64,000 nt of DNA from an uncultured Clostridia bacterium (GCA_963545485.1 CAUUJG010000001.1:35919-99918); one strand, 5' to 3'. Counted from the first letter of the stretch, positions 19,986 to 30,588 are shown. Notes: generated by a model not told the origin, from the letters alone. A program made the numbers and translations.

Positions 19986-20567
19986 ATGAACAAAAAGAAA
20001 ATTAGTATTGTAATTTCAACATTGCTTGTATTGGTGATGTCAGTTGCCTTACTTGCTGGGTGTGGGCTAGATATAAATTTTAGAAAAAAAGTTGAGAAGA
20101 AAGGATGGAAGTATTCTGAATCAGGTAGATCTATTGCAGCTTTAGGCGCAGAGGCATCAATAGAAAGTTCAGAAAAAACAGCAGCTGTAAAAAAAGCGAT
20201 TGAAAAAACTAAAAAAGCAGCTGAAATATCAAAAACAGTTAATAAGAAAGATTATGCGATTGCGTATTTTGAATTTGATGATATTGGTTCAGCATCAAAA
20301 TATGCTAAAGCATTAAAAAAATCAGCAAAGATTAGAAGAGATAAAGCAAGATATGAAATGCAAAAAAGAATTGATCAGTTAAATAATTTGATGTTAAACA
20401 ATAGTTCCCTTGTTCCAATGTCAGTTATCGAAGCATATAATAAAGAAAGGAATGAGTTAATGGCGGAATTGAATGACAAAAATAATGAAATAATAGTAAA
20501 ACAGTCAGGAAAAACAGTTTCATTTGGAACAAAAGGTTCATTCAACGCATACAGTAAAAATAAATAA
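19986..20567 (+). CDS. lipoprotein, unknown function
   Basis: ATG 19986 lies 7 nt after GGAGGAG. Signal peptide with lipobox (VALLAGC). Charged helical remainder. The track's TTG 19968 start lies upstream of the SD. Confidence 0.75.
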   Translation: MNKKKISIVISTLLVLVMSVALLAGCGLDINFRKKVEKKGWKYSESGRSIAALGAEASIESSEKTAAVKKAIEKTKKAAEISKTVNKKDYAIAYFEFDDIGSASKYAKALKKSAKIRRDKARYEMQKRIDQLNNLMLNNSSLVPMSVIEAYNKERNELMAELNDKNNEIIVKQSGKTVSFGTKGSFNAYSKNK

Positions 20568-20594
20568 ACTCTTATATATAGTAATTTTTGAAGA

Positions 20595-20616
20595 GCATCC
20601 CCAAAGGATGCTTTTT
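20595..20616 (+). terminator. intrinsic terminator between convergent genes
   Basis: GCATCC-CCAAA-GGATGC hairpin followed by T5. Confidence 0.7.
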
Positions 20617-20621
20617 ATTAT

Positions 20622-21341
20622 TTAAGACTCCCAGAGGTTATTCCTTTCAGGATGATAAATGGCACCTAAAATTCTTTCTTTCGCTTGTGGAAAATCTTTT
20701 ATGATGGTATCCAGGAGTTCTTTTGTATTCTGACGCATTGTTTTTTTATTATATTTACAGCCGCTACTTAAAATTGGAATTTCAAGTTTTTTTACAGTGT
20801 TTGCAATAGTCTGTTCTTTTATATATATGAAGGGTCTAATTAATGTTATGTCACTCCTTGACATATATGAAATGGGTTGGAAACAGGACAATCTACCTTC
20901 AAATAATAAAGACATGAGAAATGTTTCAGCGACATCATCAGCATTATGACCAAGTGCCAGTTTTCCACCTCCAAGCTCATTAATCTTGTTGTTGAGAGCA
21001 CCTCTTCTCATTTTTGCACAAAGTGAGCAAGGGCTTGATTCATGTCTAATTTCTATGATTTCTTCAATATCAGTTTTGACGATATGTAAAGGTACACCTA
21101 GCTTATCTACATATTTTTTAATTGTGTTTAATTCTTTTTTATTTTGTTGTTTAAATCCTAAATCAATATGAATTGCATAAAGATTAAAGTTGATATCTTT
21201 AAATTTTTGCATAGCATGTAAAGCAATTAAAAGTAACATACTGTCTTTACCGCCGGAAAGACCAACAAAAATATTATCACCGTTAAGTATCATGCGGTAT
21301 TTTTCAACAGCTTTACGCATTAAACTTAAGATGTGTTGCAT
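20622..21341 (-). CDS. ttcA: PP-loop ATPase, TtcA-family tRNA thiolation enzyme
   Basis: SGGKDS PP-loop, CSLCAKMRRG and LGHNADDVAETFLM motifs. Confidence 0.75.
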   Translation of the reverse strand: MQHILSLMRKAVEKYRMILNGDNIFVGLSGGKDSMLLLIALHAMQKFKDINFNLYAIHIDLGFKQQNKKELNTIKKYVDKLGVPLHIVKTDIEEIIEIRHESSPCSLCAKMRRGALNNKINELGGGKLALGHNADDVAETFLMSLLFEGRLSCFQPISYMSRSDITLIRPFIYIKEQTIANTVKKLEIPILSSGCKYNKKTMRQNTKELLDTIIKDFPQAKERILGAIYHPERNNLWES

Positions 21342-21351
21342 TTAATTTAGA

Positions 21352-22281
21352 TTATGCTTTTCCGTTGCAACCTAAAACGTTAATAATTTTATGTTTTACA
21401 AGTGCCTTTACAGCTTCACGTGCAGGTCCCATATATTGTCTAGGATCGAAATGTGATGGATTTGTTGCTAAATGTTCACGAAGGGCTGCTGTTACGGCAA
21501 GTCTTAAATCGCTGTCAATATTTATTTTACATACAGCACGTCTTGCAGCTTCTCTTAACATGTCTTCAGGAACACCCTGAGCACCAGGCATACTGCCTCC
21601 GAAGTGATTAATTTTTTCAACTAGATGTTGTGGTACAGAAGAAGCCCCGTGTAAAACAATAGGGAATTCAGGAAGTCTTTTTGCGACTTCATCTAATATA
21701 TCAAAACGAAGTTTTGGTTGACCTTTAAATTTGAATGCTCCATGAGATGTCCCAATTGCAATTGCTAAAGAGTCGACTCCTGTTTTATCTACGAATTCTT
21801 GAACTTGATCAGGGTCTGTGTATGAAGCATCTTTTGCAGCTACCTTAACATCATCTTCTACACCAGCAAGCTTGCCAAGTTCTGCTTCAACTACAACGCC
21901 GTGGTCATGTGCATATTCAACGACCTGTTTTGTAATTTTTATATTTTCTGCAAATGGATGAGCACTTGCATCAATCATGACGGAAGTAAAACCATTTTCT
22001 ATGCAACTTTTACAAAGATCAAAACAATCACCATGATCAAGATGCAAAGCGATAGGAAGACCGCTTACTTCTACAGCAGCTTCAACCATTTTTCTTAAGT
22101 AAACAGGATTTGCATATTTTCTTGCACCAGCTGATACTTGAAGAATAAGAGGAGCTTTTTCCTCTGTCGCTGCTTCAACAATACCTTGAATTATTTCCAT
22201 GTTATTTACATTGAAAGCACCAATCGCATAATTTTCTTTATAAGCTTTTTTAAACATTTCACTTGTTGTAACTAATGGCAT
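21352..22281 (-). CDS. fba: class II fructose-1,6-bisphosphate aldolase
   Basis: 309 aa. AIGAFNVNNMEIIQ, LHLDHG and GTSHGAFKF motifs are typical of class II FBA. Confidence 0.93.
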   Translation of the reverse strand: MPLVTTSEMFKKAYKENYAIGAFNVNNMEIIQGIVEAATEEKAPLILQVSAGARKYANPVYLRKMVEAAVEVSGLPIALHLDHGDCFDLCKSCIENGFTSVMIDASAHPFAENIKITKQVVEYAHDHGVVVEAELGKLAGVEDDVKVAAKDASYTDPDQVQEFVDKTGVDSLAIAIGTSHGAFKFKGQPKLRFDILDEVAKRLPEFPIVLHGASSVPQHLVEKINHFGGSMPGAQGVPEDMLREAARRAVCKINIDSDLRLAVTAALREHLATNPSHFDPRQYMGPAREAVKALVKHKIINVLGCNGKA

Positions 22282-22509
22282 TATTTACCTCCAAAACCAA
22301 TATATTAAAGTATACAACAGCGATTGTTAAAAAACAAAAAAGCACATACTCTTATGGAGGTGAAAAGTAGAAAAACAGCTTTGTTTTTAGTTATTTATTA
22401 CTCTTCCGACAAAATTATAAGAGAGGAGTCTAAAAAGAAATTAGTAAATATAGCTGAAATATAGGGAATGTGGTAAAGTGAAATTAAAACATGGAAGGAA
22501 TATAAAATT

Positions 22510-23127
22510 ATGGTATATGCATATGAGGAAAAATTTATAACACCGATAGCAGAAATACTAGGTGAAATTTTTCAAAAGGCAGCCTGTATTGAAGGTTTTG
22601 AGATTAATAAATTTGCTCAGGAATTTGCCAAATCAGAAATTGCACACGCAATTGAGTATGGCAATGTAGAATACCTTATGTCTGAAAAAATAGGTGAAGA
22701 CATAACGAATCTAATATGTTCAGAATCTGAATTTGATATTGAAGATGTGGATAAATCAAATGTTCAAGAGTATTGGGTAGGATATATTTTGGTGTATATA
22801 CAGAGAGCAGTACGAAGAAGTTTTAAAGAAATTTTTGCATTGTACTCATGTAATAGATTGCTAAATGATTATGATGTGTATAATGCAATGAATCCTCTTG
22901 AAATTGTAAAAAAGATAAAACAATATATTTCTGTAGGGAATAAGCTTAAACAGTTTCGGGAGAGAGGAAAGATGAATCAGTTAGAACTTTCAAACAAAAG
23001 CAATGTTACAGTGAAAAATATTAAGGCATATGAAGATGGAACTGTTGATATTTCCAAAGCCCAAGGAGACACATTGTTTAGATTATCTAGAGCACTAGGT
23101 TGCACAATAGAGGAATTACTTATATAG
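22510..23127 (+). CDS. protein with C-terminal XRE-type HTH domain
   Basis: 205 aa. The C-terminal 60 aa (LKQFRERGKMNQLELSNKSNVTVKNIKAYEDGTVDISKAQGDTLFRLSRALGCTIEELL) form an XRE HTH. The N-terminal domain is unassigned. Confidence 0.7.
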   Translation: MVYAYEEKFITPIAEILGEIFQKAACIEGFEINKFAQEFAKSEIAHAIEYGNVEYLMSEKIGEDITNLICSESEFDIEDVDKSNVQEYWVGYILVYIQRAVRRSFKEIFALYSCNRLLNDYDVYNAMNPLEIVKKIKQYISVGNKLKQFRERGKMNQLELSNKSNVTVKNIKAYEDGTVDISKAQGDTLFRLSRALGCTIEELLI

Positions 23128-23179
23128 AGTCAGTCGTATCTTTAAGACAATAAAAAGTAAATAATATATAATAACATAT

Positions 23180-24151
23180 ATGAATTTTGATGACTTTAGA
23201 GAACTGATGCTGAAAGTTAAAAATGGTGATGCATGTCCATCATTAGTTATAATTTTCACGAGTGAACCATACATCAGTTCTTTGTCGAAAAAAATAATTA
23301 AAAACGTAATAGACTCGAAGCAGATCGAAATGGACTATGTCTCTATGTATGGGAAAGAAAGTCTATCAGAATTAATCGAATATGCAAAAATGCCTTCATT
23401 TTTTGGCACTCATAAGTATCTTGTATGTACCATGGATGATAAGGCGGACGGCTATACTGAAGTGCTTTTAAATAAATATGCGGATGAGAAAATAGAAGAT
23501 GCCTCATTGATAGTTATTACAGCTCCAGAAAATAGTGTTGTTTTGGGAAAAGTTAAAAATGCAGTGAACATAAAAGCGATATTTGATGATGATATGTTAA
23601 ACAATGAAGTAAATGCCATAATTAAAAAAGATGGAATTACAGATATAGATTATAGAGCAAAAAGCCTACTTTTTGAAAAATGTGCCAAATCTTTATCTTT
23701 AATCAATATGGAAATACAGAAAATAGCGGCATTTAAAGAGAGTAGGATAACAGAAGATATTATATCTGAACTAGTGCCAAGCAATATGGAATACAAAATG
23801 TATGAACTTACACAGGCACTTGTGAAAAAAAATTATCAAAAGACATTTGAAATTCTGCGTGAATTAATTAGCAGTGGGTCTAAACCGATGGATTTGCTTA
23901 GTGTAATTCATAAATATTATCGACAAATGTTGCATGTATCTATTAATAAGAATATGGATAACGAGGAACTTGCAGCATTGCTTGGAATTAGTCCGGGAGC
24001 GGTATTTTATGTAAAGAAATCTGCAGACGGGTATGGGCAAAAACAGTTAAAGGAAATTGTAGATTATATGTATGATTTGCAATATAAAGTAGTGAGCGGA
24101 CAACGAAGTGTTGAATTAATTTTGGATTCCGCAATAGCAAAATTAATATAG
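23180..24151 (+). CDS. holA: DNA polymerase III subunit delta
   Basis: 323 aa. Length and sequence style match HolA (...YELTQALVKKNYQKTFEILRELISSGSKPMDLLSVI...). Moderate recognition only. Confidence 0.7.
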   Translation: MNFDDFRELMLKVKNGDACPSLVIIFTSEPYISSLSKKIIKNVIDSKQIEMDYVSMYGKESLSELIEYAKMPSFFGTHKYLVCTMDDKADGYTEVLLNKYADEKIEDASLIVITAPENSVVLGKVKNAVNIKAIFDDDMLNNEVNAIIKKDGITDIDYRAKSLLFEKCAKSLSLINMEIQKIAAFKESRITEDIISELVPSNMEYKMYELTQALVKKNYQKTFEILRELISSGSKPMDLLSVIHKYYRQMLHVSINKNMDNEELAALLGISPGAVFYVKKSADGYGQKQLKEIVDYMYDLQYKVVSGQRSVELILDSAIAKLI

Positions 24152-24163
24152 GGGTGTTATTAA

Positions 24164-25015
24164 ATGGGAAATTTTAGTGCATTTTTTAAAAGTATAGATT
24201 ATTTTTTTGTAATAGATATACTTGTTTTTCTTTTTGCATTTATAGTAATGATTATTTTCTTTGTTCTTAAAAGGAACATAAAAATACCGCTTTTCTTAAC
24301 TGCACTATTTACTATAGAACTTGCTTTACACATAGGAGCTGGATTTAGAGATAGTGATAAGCATAAGACTCTACTGATTGCAAAATATGTAATGCATTAT
24401 TTTAATATTTTTGTTCTAATTGGATTTTGTGTTACATATCAAAGCGATTTAAAAGATCTCACACAAAGAATATTTGCGAACAAAAAACATAAAGGTAAGA
24501 GTAAATTCTCAACAGATGAACTTTTTGATGCAACCGAGAATATTCTTACAGCATGTCAAAATATGGCAAAGCAGGATATTGGTGCGATTATAATAATAGA
24601 AAATGAAGGTGATGAACTTAATAAGTCTATTATAGAAAGTGGTGTGTATCTTGATGCAAAAATATCATCAGGATTATTGGAAAGTATATTTAATACAAAG
24701 GCACCGCTTCATGATGGGGCTGTAGTTGTGAAGGGCGACAGGGTGGTCGCAGCAGGATGTTTCCTTTCATTAACAGAAAAAGAAAATCTTAGTAAAGAAC
24801 TTGGGACTAGACATAGGGCAGCGATCGGAGTCACAGAACAGACAGATGTGCTTGCAATTGTTGTAAGTGAGGAAACTGGAATTATTTCAGTTGTAAGAAA
24901 TGGAAATATTAGAAGATATATAACGATGGAAGTATTGAAGGGAGAAATTGAAAAATCATATGGTATAGTTCAAGCAGATACAACAGTAGAAAATTTGAGG
25001 AACTATATACAATGA
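24164..25015 (+). CDS. cdaA: diadenylate cyclase CdaA
   Basis: Three N-terminal TM segments plus a DAC domain (GAIIIIEN, APLHDGAVVV, GTRHRAAIGVTE). Confidence 0.93.
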   Translation: MGNFSAFFKSIDYFFVIDILVFLFAFIVMIIFFVLKRNIKIPLFLTALFTIELALHIGAGFRDSDKHKTLLIAKYVMHYFNIFVLIGFCVTYQSDLKDLTQRIFANKKHKGKSKFSTDELFDATENILTACQNMAKQDIGAIIIIENEGDELNKSIIESGVYLDAKISSGLLESIFNTKAPLHDGAVVVKGDRVVAAGCFLSLTEKENLSKELGTRHRAAIGVTEQTDVLAIVVSEETGIISVVRNGNIRRYITMEVLKGEIEKSYGIVQADTTVENLRNYIQ

Positions 25016-26247
25016 TATTGGATTGTTCTGAAATTTTTATACCAAAAGAAGATATTGACTACACAAAGTGGGCAGTTGTTTCGTGCGATCAGTTTTCTTC
25101 AAATATTGAGTATTGGAAATCTTTAAAAAAAGAAGTTGGGGACGCTCCAAGCACGCTTAAACTTATTATTCCAGAAGTGTATTTAAAAACGGATTGCGAA
25201 GAAAGAAATATTTCAAAAATACATCACACAATGGAATTATATTGCCAGACTGATATTTTTAGAATATTGAAAGATACCGCAGTGTTGGTTGAACGAGAAA
25301 TGCGTACAGGAGTAAAAAGATATGGTATCGTATGTGCGATAGATTTGGATGAATATTCCTATAAAAAAACTGATAAAAAGCAAATAAGATCAACGGAAGC
25401 TATAGTAGAAGAAAGGATAGCTCCTAGGGTTGCTGTAAGGATGCAAGCTCCAATTGAATTACCACATATAATAATATTTGCAGATGATGCAAAAGGTGTA
25501 TTTATAGATTCAATTGTAAAAGATATAGAAGAGCTAGAAAAATTGTATGACTTTGAAGCCAATAAAGGTGGAAGAAGGATTAGAGGATTTGCTGTGCCGA
25601 AGCAGGTACTTGTTGAAAAATACAGAGAATATGAAAAACATATGAATAGCATCTATCCTAATGAAAACATTAGATTTTTAGTTGGAGATGGAAATCATTC
25701 ATTAGTTACGGCAAAAAGATGTTGGGATGAAATAAAGAAGACATTAAAGGAAAGTGAATTAAAAACTCATCCAGCAAGATATGCTTTGTGTGAAATTGAG
25801 AATATCCATTCTATAGCAAATAAATTTGAGCCAATATATAGAAAAGTATTTAATGTTAAACATGCCGAGTTTATAGAGTTATTTAAGAAGCAATTGTCCA
25901 TATTGGGTAACAAAAAAATTCAAAATACACTGAAATTTGTTGTAGGGGATACTACTTACATAATAAACACAGGATTATCATCTATAGAAATGATTGGTGA
26001 AACGGATAATGTGATAGAAAAATATATACAGGCACATAGTGAAAGTACTGTTGAATATGTTCACGGAGAGGACGAATTATTGCATGGATTAGATGATAAA
26101 ACGGCAGCGATTTACATGCCGGAATTTGATAAAAATGAATTATTTCCATATTGTATTGAAAATGGGAATTTACCCAAAAAATCATTTTCAATCGGTAATG
26201 CGGAAGAAAAGAGATACTATATTGAGGCAAAGAGGATAACAAAATGA
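25012..26247 (+). CDS. DUF1015-like protein
   Basis: 411 aa. The N-terminal KWAVVSCDQFSSNIEYWKSL...APSTLKLIIPEVYL resembles the clostridial DUF1015 signature as I recall it. ATGA overlaps with both cdaA and the downstream gene. Confidence 0.6.
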   Translation: MILDCSEIFIPKEDIDYTKWAVVSCDQFSSNIEYWKSLKKEVGDAPSTLKLIIPEVYLKTDCEERNISKIHHTMELYCQTDIFRILKDTAVLVEREMRTGVKRYGIVCAIDLDEYSYKKTDKKQIRSTEAIVEERIAPRVAVRMQAPIELPHIIIFADDAKGVFIDSIVKDIEELEKLYDFEANKGGRRIRGFAVPKQVLVEKYREYEKHMNSIYPNENIRFLVGDGNHSLVTAKRCWDEIKKTLKESELKTHPARYALCEIENIHSIANKFEPIYRKVFNVKHAEFIELFKKQLSILGNKKIQNTLKFVVGDTTYIINTGLSSIEMIGETDNVIEKYIQAHSESTVEYVHGEDELLHGLDDKTAAIYMPEFDKNELFPYCIENGNLPKKSFSIGNAEEKRYYIEAKRITK

Positions 26248-27551
26248 AAGTTTGTAAGTTTGGTGGGACATCAATGGCGAATGCCAATACGATTGAGAAA
26301 GTGGTTGAGATTATTAGTGCAGATAAAGATCGAAGATACATAATAGTTTCTGCCCCAGGGAAAAGAGATAAAAGTGATACAAAAATAACAGATTTATTGT
26401 ATCAATGTTTTGATGAACTTGAGAGTAAAGGGAATTGTGATAAAGCATTTGGAATAGTTGAAGAAAGGTTTAAATCTATCATTCAAGGGCTAGATATTGA
26501 ATTTGATATTTCTAAAATACTAAAAGAGATAAAGAAAGACTTTGAGAAAAATAGGTCTAAAGATTACATTGCATCAAGAGGTGAATATGTAAGTGCAATG
26601 ATTTTGGCAAAAAAATTAAACTATGATTTTGTTGATGCCGCTGAAATGATTAAATTCAATGAAGATAAAGAGTTGCAATTGGAATATTCATTTGACCTTA
26701 TAGCACAGAGGTTAAAGAAAAGTCGTAATGCGGTTATCCCAGGATTTTATGGTTCATTGCCATCTGGTGAAGCTAAAACCTTTTCAAGAGGAGGTTCAGA
26801 TATAACCGGAGCTATTATTGCTAGAGCGGTATCATCAGAATTGTATGAAAATTGGACTGATGTAGATGGATTTCTTACGGCAGATCCAAGAATAGTTGAT
26901 GATCCAAAGCTAATTTCATATTTAAGTTATAAGGAACTTAGAGAGTTGGCATATATGGGTGCAGAGGTTCTTCATCCAGAATCGATATTTCCAGTTCGTA
27001 GTGTTGGGATACCGATCAATATTAAAAACACTTTTAATCCGGGACACTGCGGAACAATGATTGTTGCTGCAAAAAATTTGCCGAAGCAACAGAATGTAAT
27101 AACGGGTATTTCAGGAAGAAAAGGGTTTACAATCATTAATATTGAAAAAGATATGATGAATGCTGAAATAGGGTTTGCTAGGAGAGTATTATCCGTTTTA
27201 GAAGAGGAACATATTTCTTTTGAACATATGCCATCGGGAATAGATACATTATCAGTCGTTATAAGAGACGAACACATAAATGGTAAGATGCAAAAAGTGA
27301 TTTCAAAAATAAATGGGATAACAAACGCTGATAATATAGACATTCATAGTGGACTTTCGTTAATTGCAACAGTTGGACATAATATGGCATCAAGACAGGG
27401 AACAGCAGCAAAAGTATTTGAGGCATTAGCAAATAAAAATATAAATGTAAGAATGATAGATCAAGGATCAAGTGAGTTGAATATTATAGTTGGGGTAGAT
27501 ACTTTCGACTATGAAAAAGCTATTTGTGCGATATATGATGCATTTAATTAA
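26244..27551 (+). CDS. lysC: aspartate kinase
   Basis: MKVCKFGGTSMAN start, amino-acid-kinase core and two C-terminal ACT-like regions. 435 aa. Confidence 0.9.
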   Translation: MKVCKFGGTSMANANTIEKVVEIISADKDRRYIIVSAPGKRDKSDTKITDLLYQCFDELESKGNCDKAFGIVEERFKSIIQGLDIEFDISKILKEIKKDFEKNRSKDYIASRGEYVSAMILAKKLNYDFVDAAEMIKFNEDKELQLEYSFDLIAQRLKKSRNAVIPGFYGSLPSGEAKTFSRGGSDITGAIIARAVSSELYENWTDVDGFLTADPRIVDDPKLISYLSYKELRELAYMGAEVLHPESIFPVRSVGIPINIKNTFNPGHCGTMIVAAKNLPKQQNVITGISGRKGFTIINIEKDMMNAEIGFARRVLSVLEEEHISFEHMPSGIDTLSVVIRDEHINGKMQKVISKINGITNADNIDIHSGLSLIATVGHNMASRQGTAAKVFEALANKNINVRMIDQGSSELNIIVGVDTFDYEKAICAIYDAFN

Positions 27552-27692
27552 TGTTGACTGACCTACGAATCTTTTAAAACATATCACTATATCATTTAGA
27601 GAATATTTCATAATTTAGTTGTTAAACAATCGGAGAGAATAATTTTTGATTTTGAGAAATTATATTTGTAATTATATCTAATTTTTATTCAT

Positions 27693-27767
27693 CGAATAAA
27701 AATGCAAAAAACAGGAATAAAAACATGCAAAAAATAGGAATAAATATCGACAAAAACTAGGAATTAT
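27693..27767. repeat. about 3.5 tandem copies of a 22-23-nt A-tract unit upstream of ATPase paralog 1
   Basis: GAATAAAAATGCAAAAAACAG / GAATAAAAACATGCAAAAAATAG / GAATAAATATCGACAAAAACTAG / GAATTATG... Confidence 0.8.
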
Positions 27768-27781
27768 GTTAGTTTTAGAGA

Positions 27782-29050
27782 ATGATGACAAATAAATATT
27801 TTAATAGATTTATAGAAAAAGAAATTTTTCAAGCAATGAAAGCTGTAGGGTGTGTTGTTCTCGAGGGTGCAAAAGGATGCGGGAAGAGCACAACCTGTCA
27901 AAGGTTTGCTAAAACTACAGTCGAATTACAATATCCGAAAATTTATGAAAAATACAAACTTATGATTGCGAATGAAAATAATATTTTTGATGATAAAAGA
28001 CCTATTTTATTTGATGAGTGGCAAAAAATTCCGGAACTTTGGGACATGATTAGAGCCGAAGTAGATCATGAAAATTTAAAGGGTGCATTTATTTTAACAG
28101 GTTCAGCTAAGCCATTAGAAGACTTTAGTCGACACAGTGGGGTCGGGAGATTTTCAACCATAAAGATGCGACCAATGTCATTGTATGAATCATGTAATTC
28201 AACGGGCGATGTTTCTTTAAAAGATTTATTTGAAGGAATGGGACATATAGAGGGCGAGTCAAATTTAACATTGGAGGAAGTGGCGGAATTACTTTGTAGA
28301 GGAGGATGGCCGGCAACAATGCACCTGGATAGTGTTGCATCTCAAACATATGTTGCGGCATATTATAAATTACTTACAGAAGTCGATTTAACAAACGTAG
28401 ATGGAATAAGAAGAAATCCAGAAAGAGCAAGAAAGATATTAAGGTCTTTAGCAAGAAATATATCTTCATTTGTTACAGATAGAACAATTATAGAAGATGT
28501 GAAAAGTAATGATATGACTATAGATGAGAAGACATTATCCACATATTTGAATGCATTGAGAAAATTATTTGTCATAGAGGATTTGCCAGCATGGACCCCA
28601 AAGTTGCGTAGTAAGACAACTATTAGGACAAGTAATAAGCGGCAATTTGTGGATCCATCATTAGCAACTGCAGCGTTGGGGACATCTCCAAAAGATTTGT
28701 TAAATGATCCTGAAACTTTTGGATTGTTGTTTGAAAATTTATGCGTAAGGGATCTAAGAGTTTATGCTGAATCATTAAATGGATCTATTTATCAGTACCA
28801 TGACCGAACAGGATTGGAAGCGGATGCAATTGTACATTTAAATGATGGTAGATATGGTTTGGTTGAAATCAAGTTAGGTAGACATAGGATAGAGGAAGCA
28901 GCAGCAAATCTATTGAAATTAAAGAGCAAAGTGGATACTACATGCATCCAAGAACCTAAATTTTTGATGATTTTAACAGGATCTGGACTTGCATATCGTC
29001 GTAAAGAAGATGGGATATATGTGGTGCCTATAGGATGTTTGACGATTTAA
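27782..29050 (+). CDS. AAA-type ATPase with DUF4143-like C-terminal region (paralog 1)
   Basis: Walker A GAKGCGKST and Walker B ILFDEWQ. Architecture matches the AAA_14/DUF4143 'ATP-binding protein' family. Confidence 0.8.
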   Translation: MMTNKYFNRFIEKEIFQAMKAVGCVVLEGAKGCGKSTTCQRFAKTTVELQYPKIYEKYKLMIANENNIFDDKRPILFDEWQKIPELWDMIRAEVDHENLKGAFILTGSAKPLEDFSRHSGVGRFSTIKMRPMSLYESCNSTGDVSLKDLFEGMGHIEGESNLTLEEVAELLCRGGWPATMHLDSVASQTYVAAYYKLLTEVDLTNVDGIRRNPERARKILRSLARNISSFVTDRTIIEDVKSNDMTIDEKTLSTYLNALRKLFVIEDLPAWTPKLRSKTTIRTSNKRQFVDPSLATAALGTSPKDLLNDPETFGLLFENLCVRDLRVYAESLNGSIYQYHDRTGLEADAIVHLNDGRYGLVEIKLGRHRIEEAAANLLKLKSKVDTTCIQEPKFLMILTGSGLAYRRKEDGIYVVPIGCLTI

Positions 29051-30339
29051 TATTCGTGATTTTTTTCTCCCTTCATTGATGCTGTTAAATCTCTGATATT
29101 GCACTCAATATCATCGCAACGTAAATTAGATTTTTTATATGATATCTTTAAAAATATTGGTGTCAAAAGAGTTGTTAATATAATTAAAATTAAAGCGTAT
29201 GGTACGATTTCTGAATCAATTATATTTGCATCTTGTCCTTTACTTATACATACGAGTAAAACTTCTGCTCGAACCATCATACCGATACCAACTCTTAAAC
29301 TGTCTTTAAATGAGAATCTACAAGCCAAGGCTCCGACTCCACATCCAAGAAGTTTGCCCAATATTCCGGCAATAATAAACATGATACCGAATAAAATAAA
29401 ATCAGTATTAAAGTTTGTAAAGTTCGCTTTGATACCGATTAAGGCAAAGAAAACAGGAGCAAAGATCATGTATTTGCTTACTTCAACTTTTTCATCAATA
29501 TAATCGGACTCTTTAATTCCAGCAAAAATTAAACCTGCGATATAGGCACCAGTGATATCGGCGACTTCAAAAACCTTTTCAGCCATATAGGCATATAGGA
29601 AGCAGATCGCAAAACCTAAAACTGGCAACCGTCTTCTATGTGGATATCGTTCGGCATAGGCATTCATCCCGGCTCTAAGTGCGATTCCAAGAACTGCTGA
29701 GACGATGAAGAAACCGATAATTTTTCCAATCAATATGCCAGTTGCCTTTGCTCCTTTAGAAGGATCTTTTAGACCTATTAAAAACGATAAAAGAATTATT
29801 CCTATAATGTCATCTAAAATTGCTGCAGCGATAATTGAATTACCAACTTTTGAATTTAATTTTCCAAGTTCTTTTAAAGCTGCGACTGTTATACTAACAG
29901 AAGTTGCTGACAGTACGGCACCATAAAATACGAATTTTAAAGCATCTGTTGAAGATAATTTAATAGTAAATTTTCCTAATGCACCCCAAGCAGCAATGAA
30001 ACCTAATAATAGAGGGAAAATAACACCGAGGACTGTAATCAAGAATGCAGGAAAACCGATTTTTTTAAATTGCTTTATATCGGTTTCAATTCCAGCTGAA
30101 AACATGATTAAAATAACACCGATTTTAGCGAGAAATTCAAGAGCCTCGAGAGAAGTAGGATTAAATAAAACTGCAGAGTCACCTTTTTTATCAGCAAGCT
30201 TTAAAAGACCAAGAATTATTCCAGTCAGGATCATTCCAAAGACTTGGGGTAAATTAATTTTTTTTGCTAAAAGAGAAAAGGCTTTTGAAAAAAAAAGTAT
30301 AAGACCTAAAGGTAACAGAATTTGAAAAACTTCTTTCAT
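29047..30339 (-). CDS. cation:proton antiporter (CPA-type Na+/H+ or K+/H+ exchanger)
   Basis: 430 aa, about 12 TM segments, Na_H_exchanger-like sequence. 4-nt convergent overlap with the upstream ATPase gene. Confidence 0.85.
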   Translation of the reverse strand: MKEVFQILLPLGLILFFSKAFSLLAKKINLPQVFGMILTGIILGLLKLADKKGDSAVLFNPTSLEALEFLAKIGVILIMFSAGIETDIKQFKKIGFPAFLITVLGVIFPLLLGFIAAWGALGKFTIKLSSTDALKFVFYGAVLSATSVSITVAALKELGKLNSKVGNSIIAAAILDDIIGIILLSFLIGLKDPSKGAKATGILIGKIIGFFIVSAVLGIALRAGMNAYAERYPHRRRLPVLGFAICFLYAYMAEKVFEVADITGAYIAGLIFAGIKESDYIDEKVEVSKYMIFAPVFFALIGIKANFTNFNTDFILFGIMFIIAGILGKLLGCGVGALACRFSFKDSLRVGIGMMVRAEVLLVCISKGQDANIIDSEIVPYALILIILTTLLTPIFLKISYKKSNLRCDDIECNIRDLTASMKGEKNHEY

Positions 30340-30485
30340 ATTGTCTCCGATGTAAGTTATTATATGCCGAGTTTGACATAATGTTAAACAGATATTTTTT
30401 TAATATGATATATGTAATATTTTTTTATTTTAAATTAGAGAAAACGAATTATGTTTAATCAATATTACCAAACCAGATTGGTGGT

Positions 30486-30588
30486 AAAAATCGGCAAAAT
30501 AATTAAAAATATGGCGGGAAAATAGGCAAAAAATCTAAAAATACAGCAAAAAAATCGGTAAAACAATTAAAAATACGGCGGAAAAACA
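30486..30588. repeat. direct repeat (about 39 nt, 64-nt period) of A-tract/GGCGG units upstream of ATPase paralog 2
   Basis: AAAAATCGGCAAAATAATTAAAAATATGGCGGGAAAATAG (from 30486) versus AAAAATCGGTAAAACAATTAAAAATACGGCGGAAAAACAG (from 30550). Confidence 0.8.

Noticed and set aside
27702-27760. Two overlapping 11-codon mini-ORFs (MQKTGIKTCKK and MQKIGINIDKN) inside the A-tract array
   Set aside because: They are by-products of the 23-nt repeat: the same word is read in two frames. They have no SD, so I treat the region as a non-coding repeat.
27693-30588. Possibility that the periodic arrays are CRISPR arrays
   Set aside because: The units are A-rich, directly adjacent or only 64 nt apart, and present in just 2-4 copies. 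There are no unique spacers of CRISPR size and no cas genes in the window.
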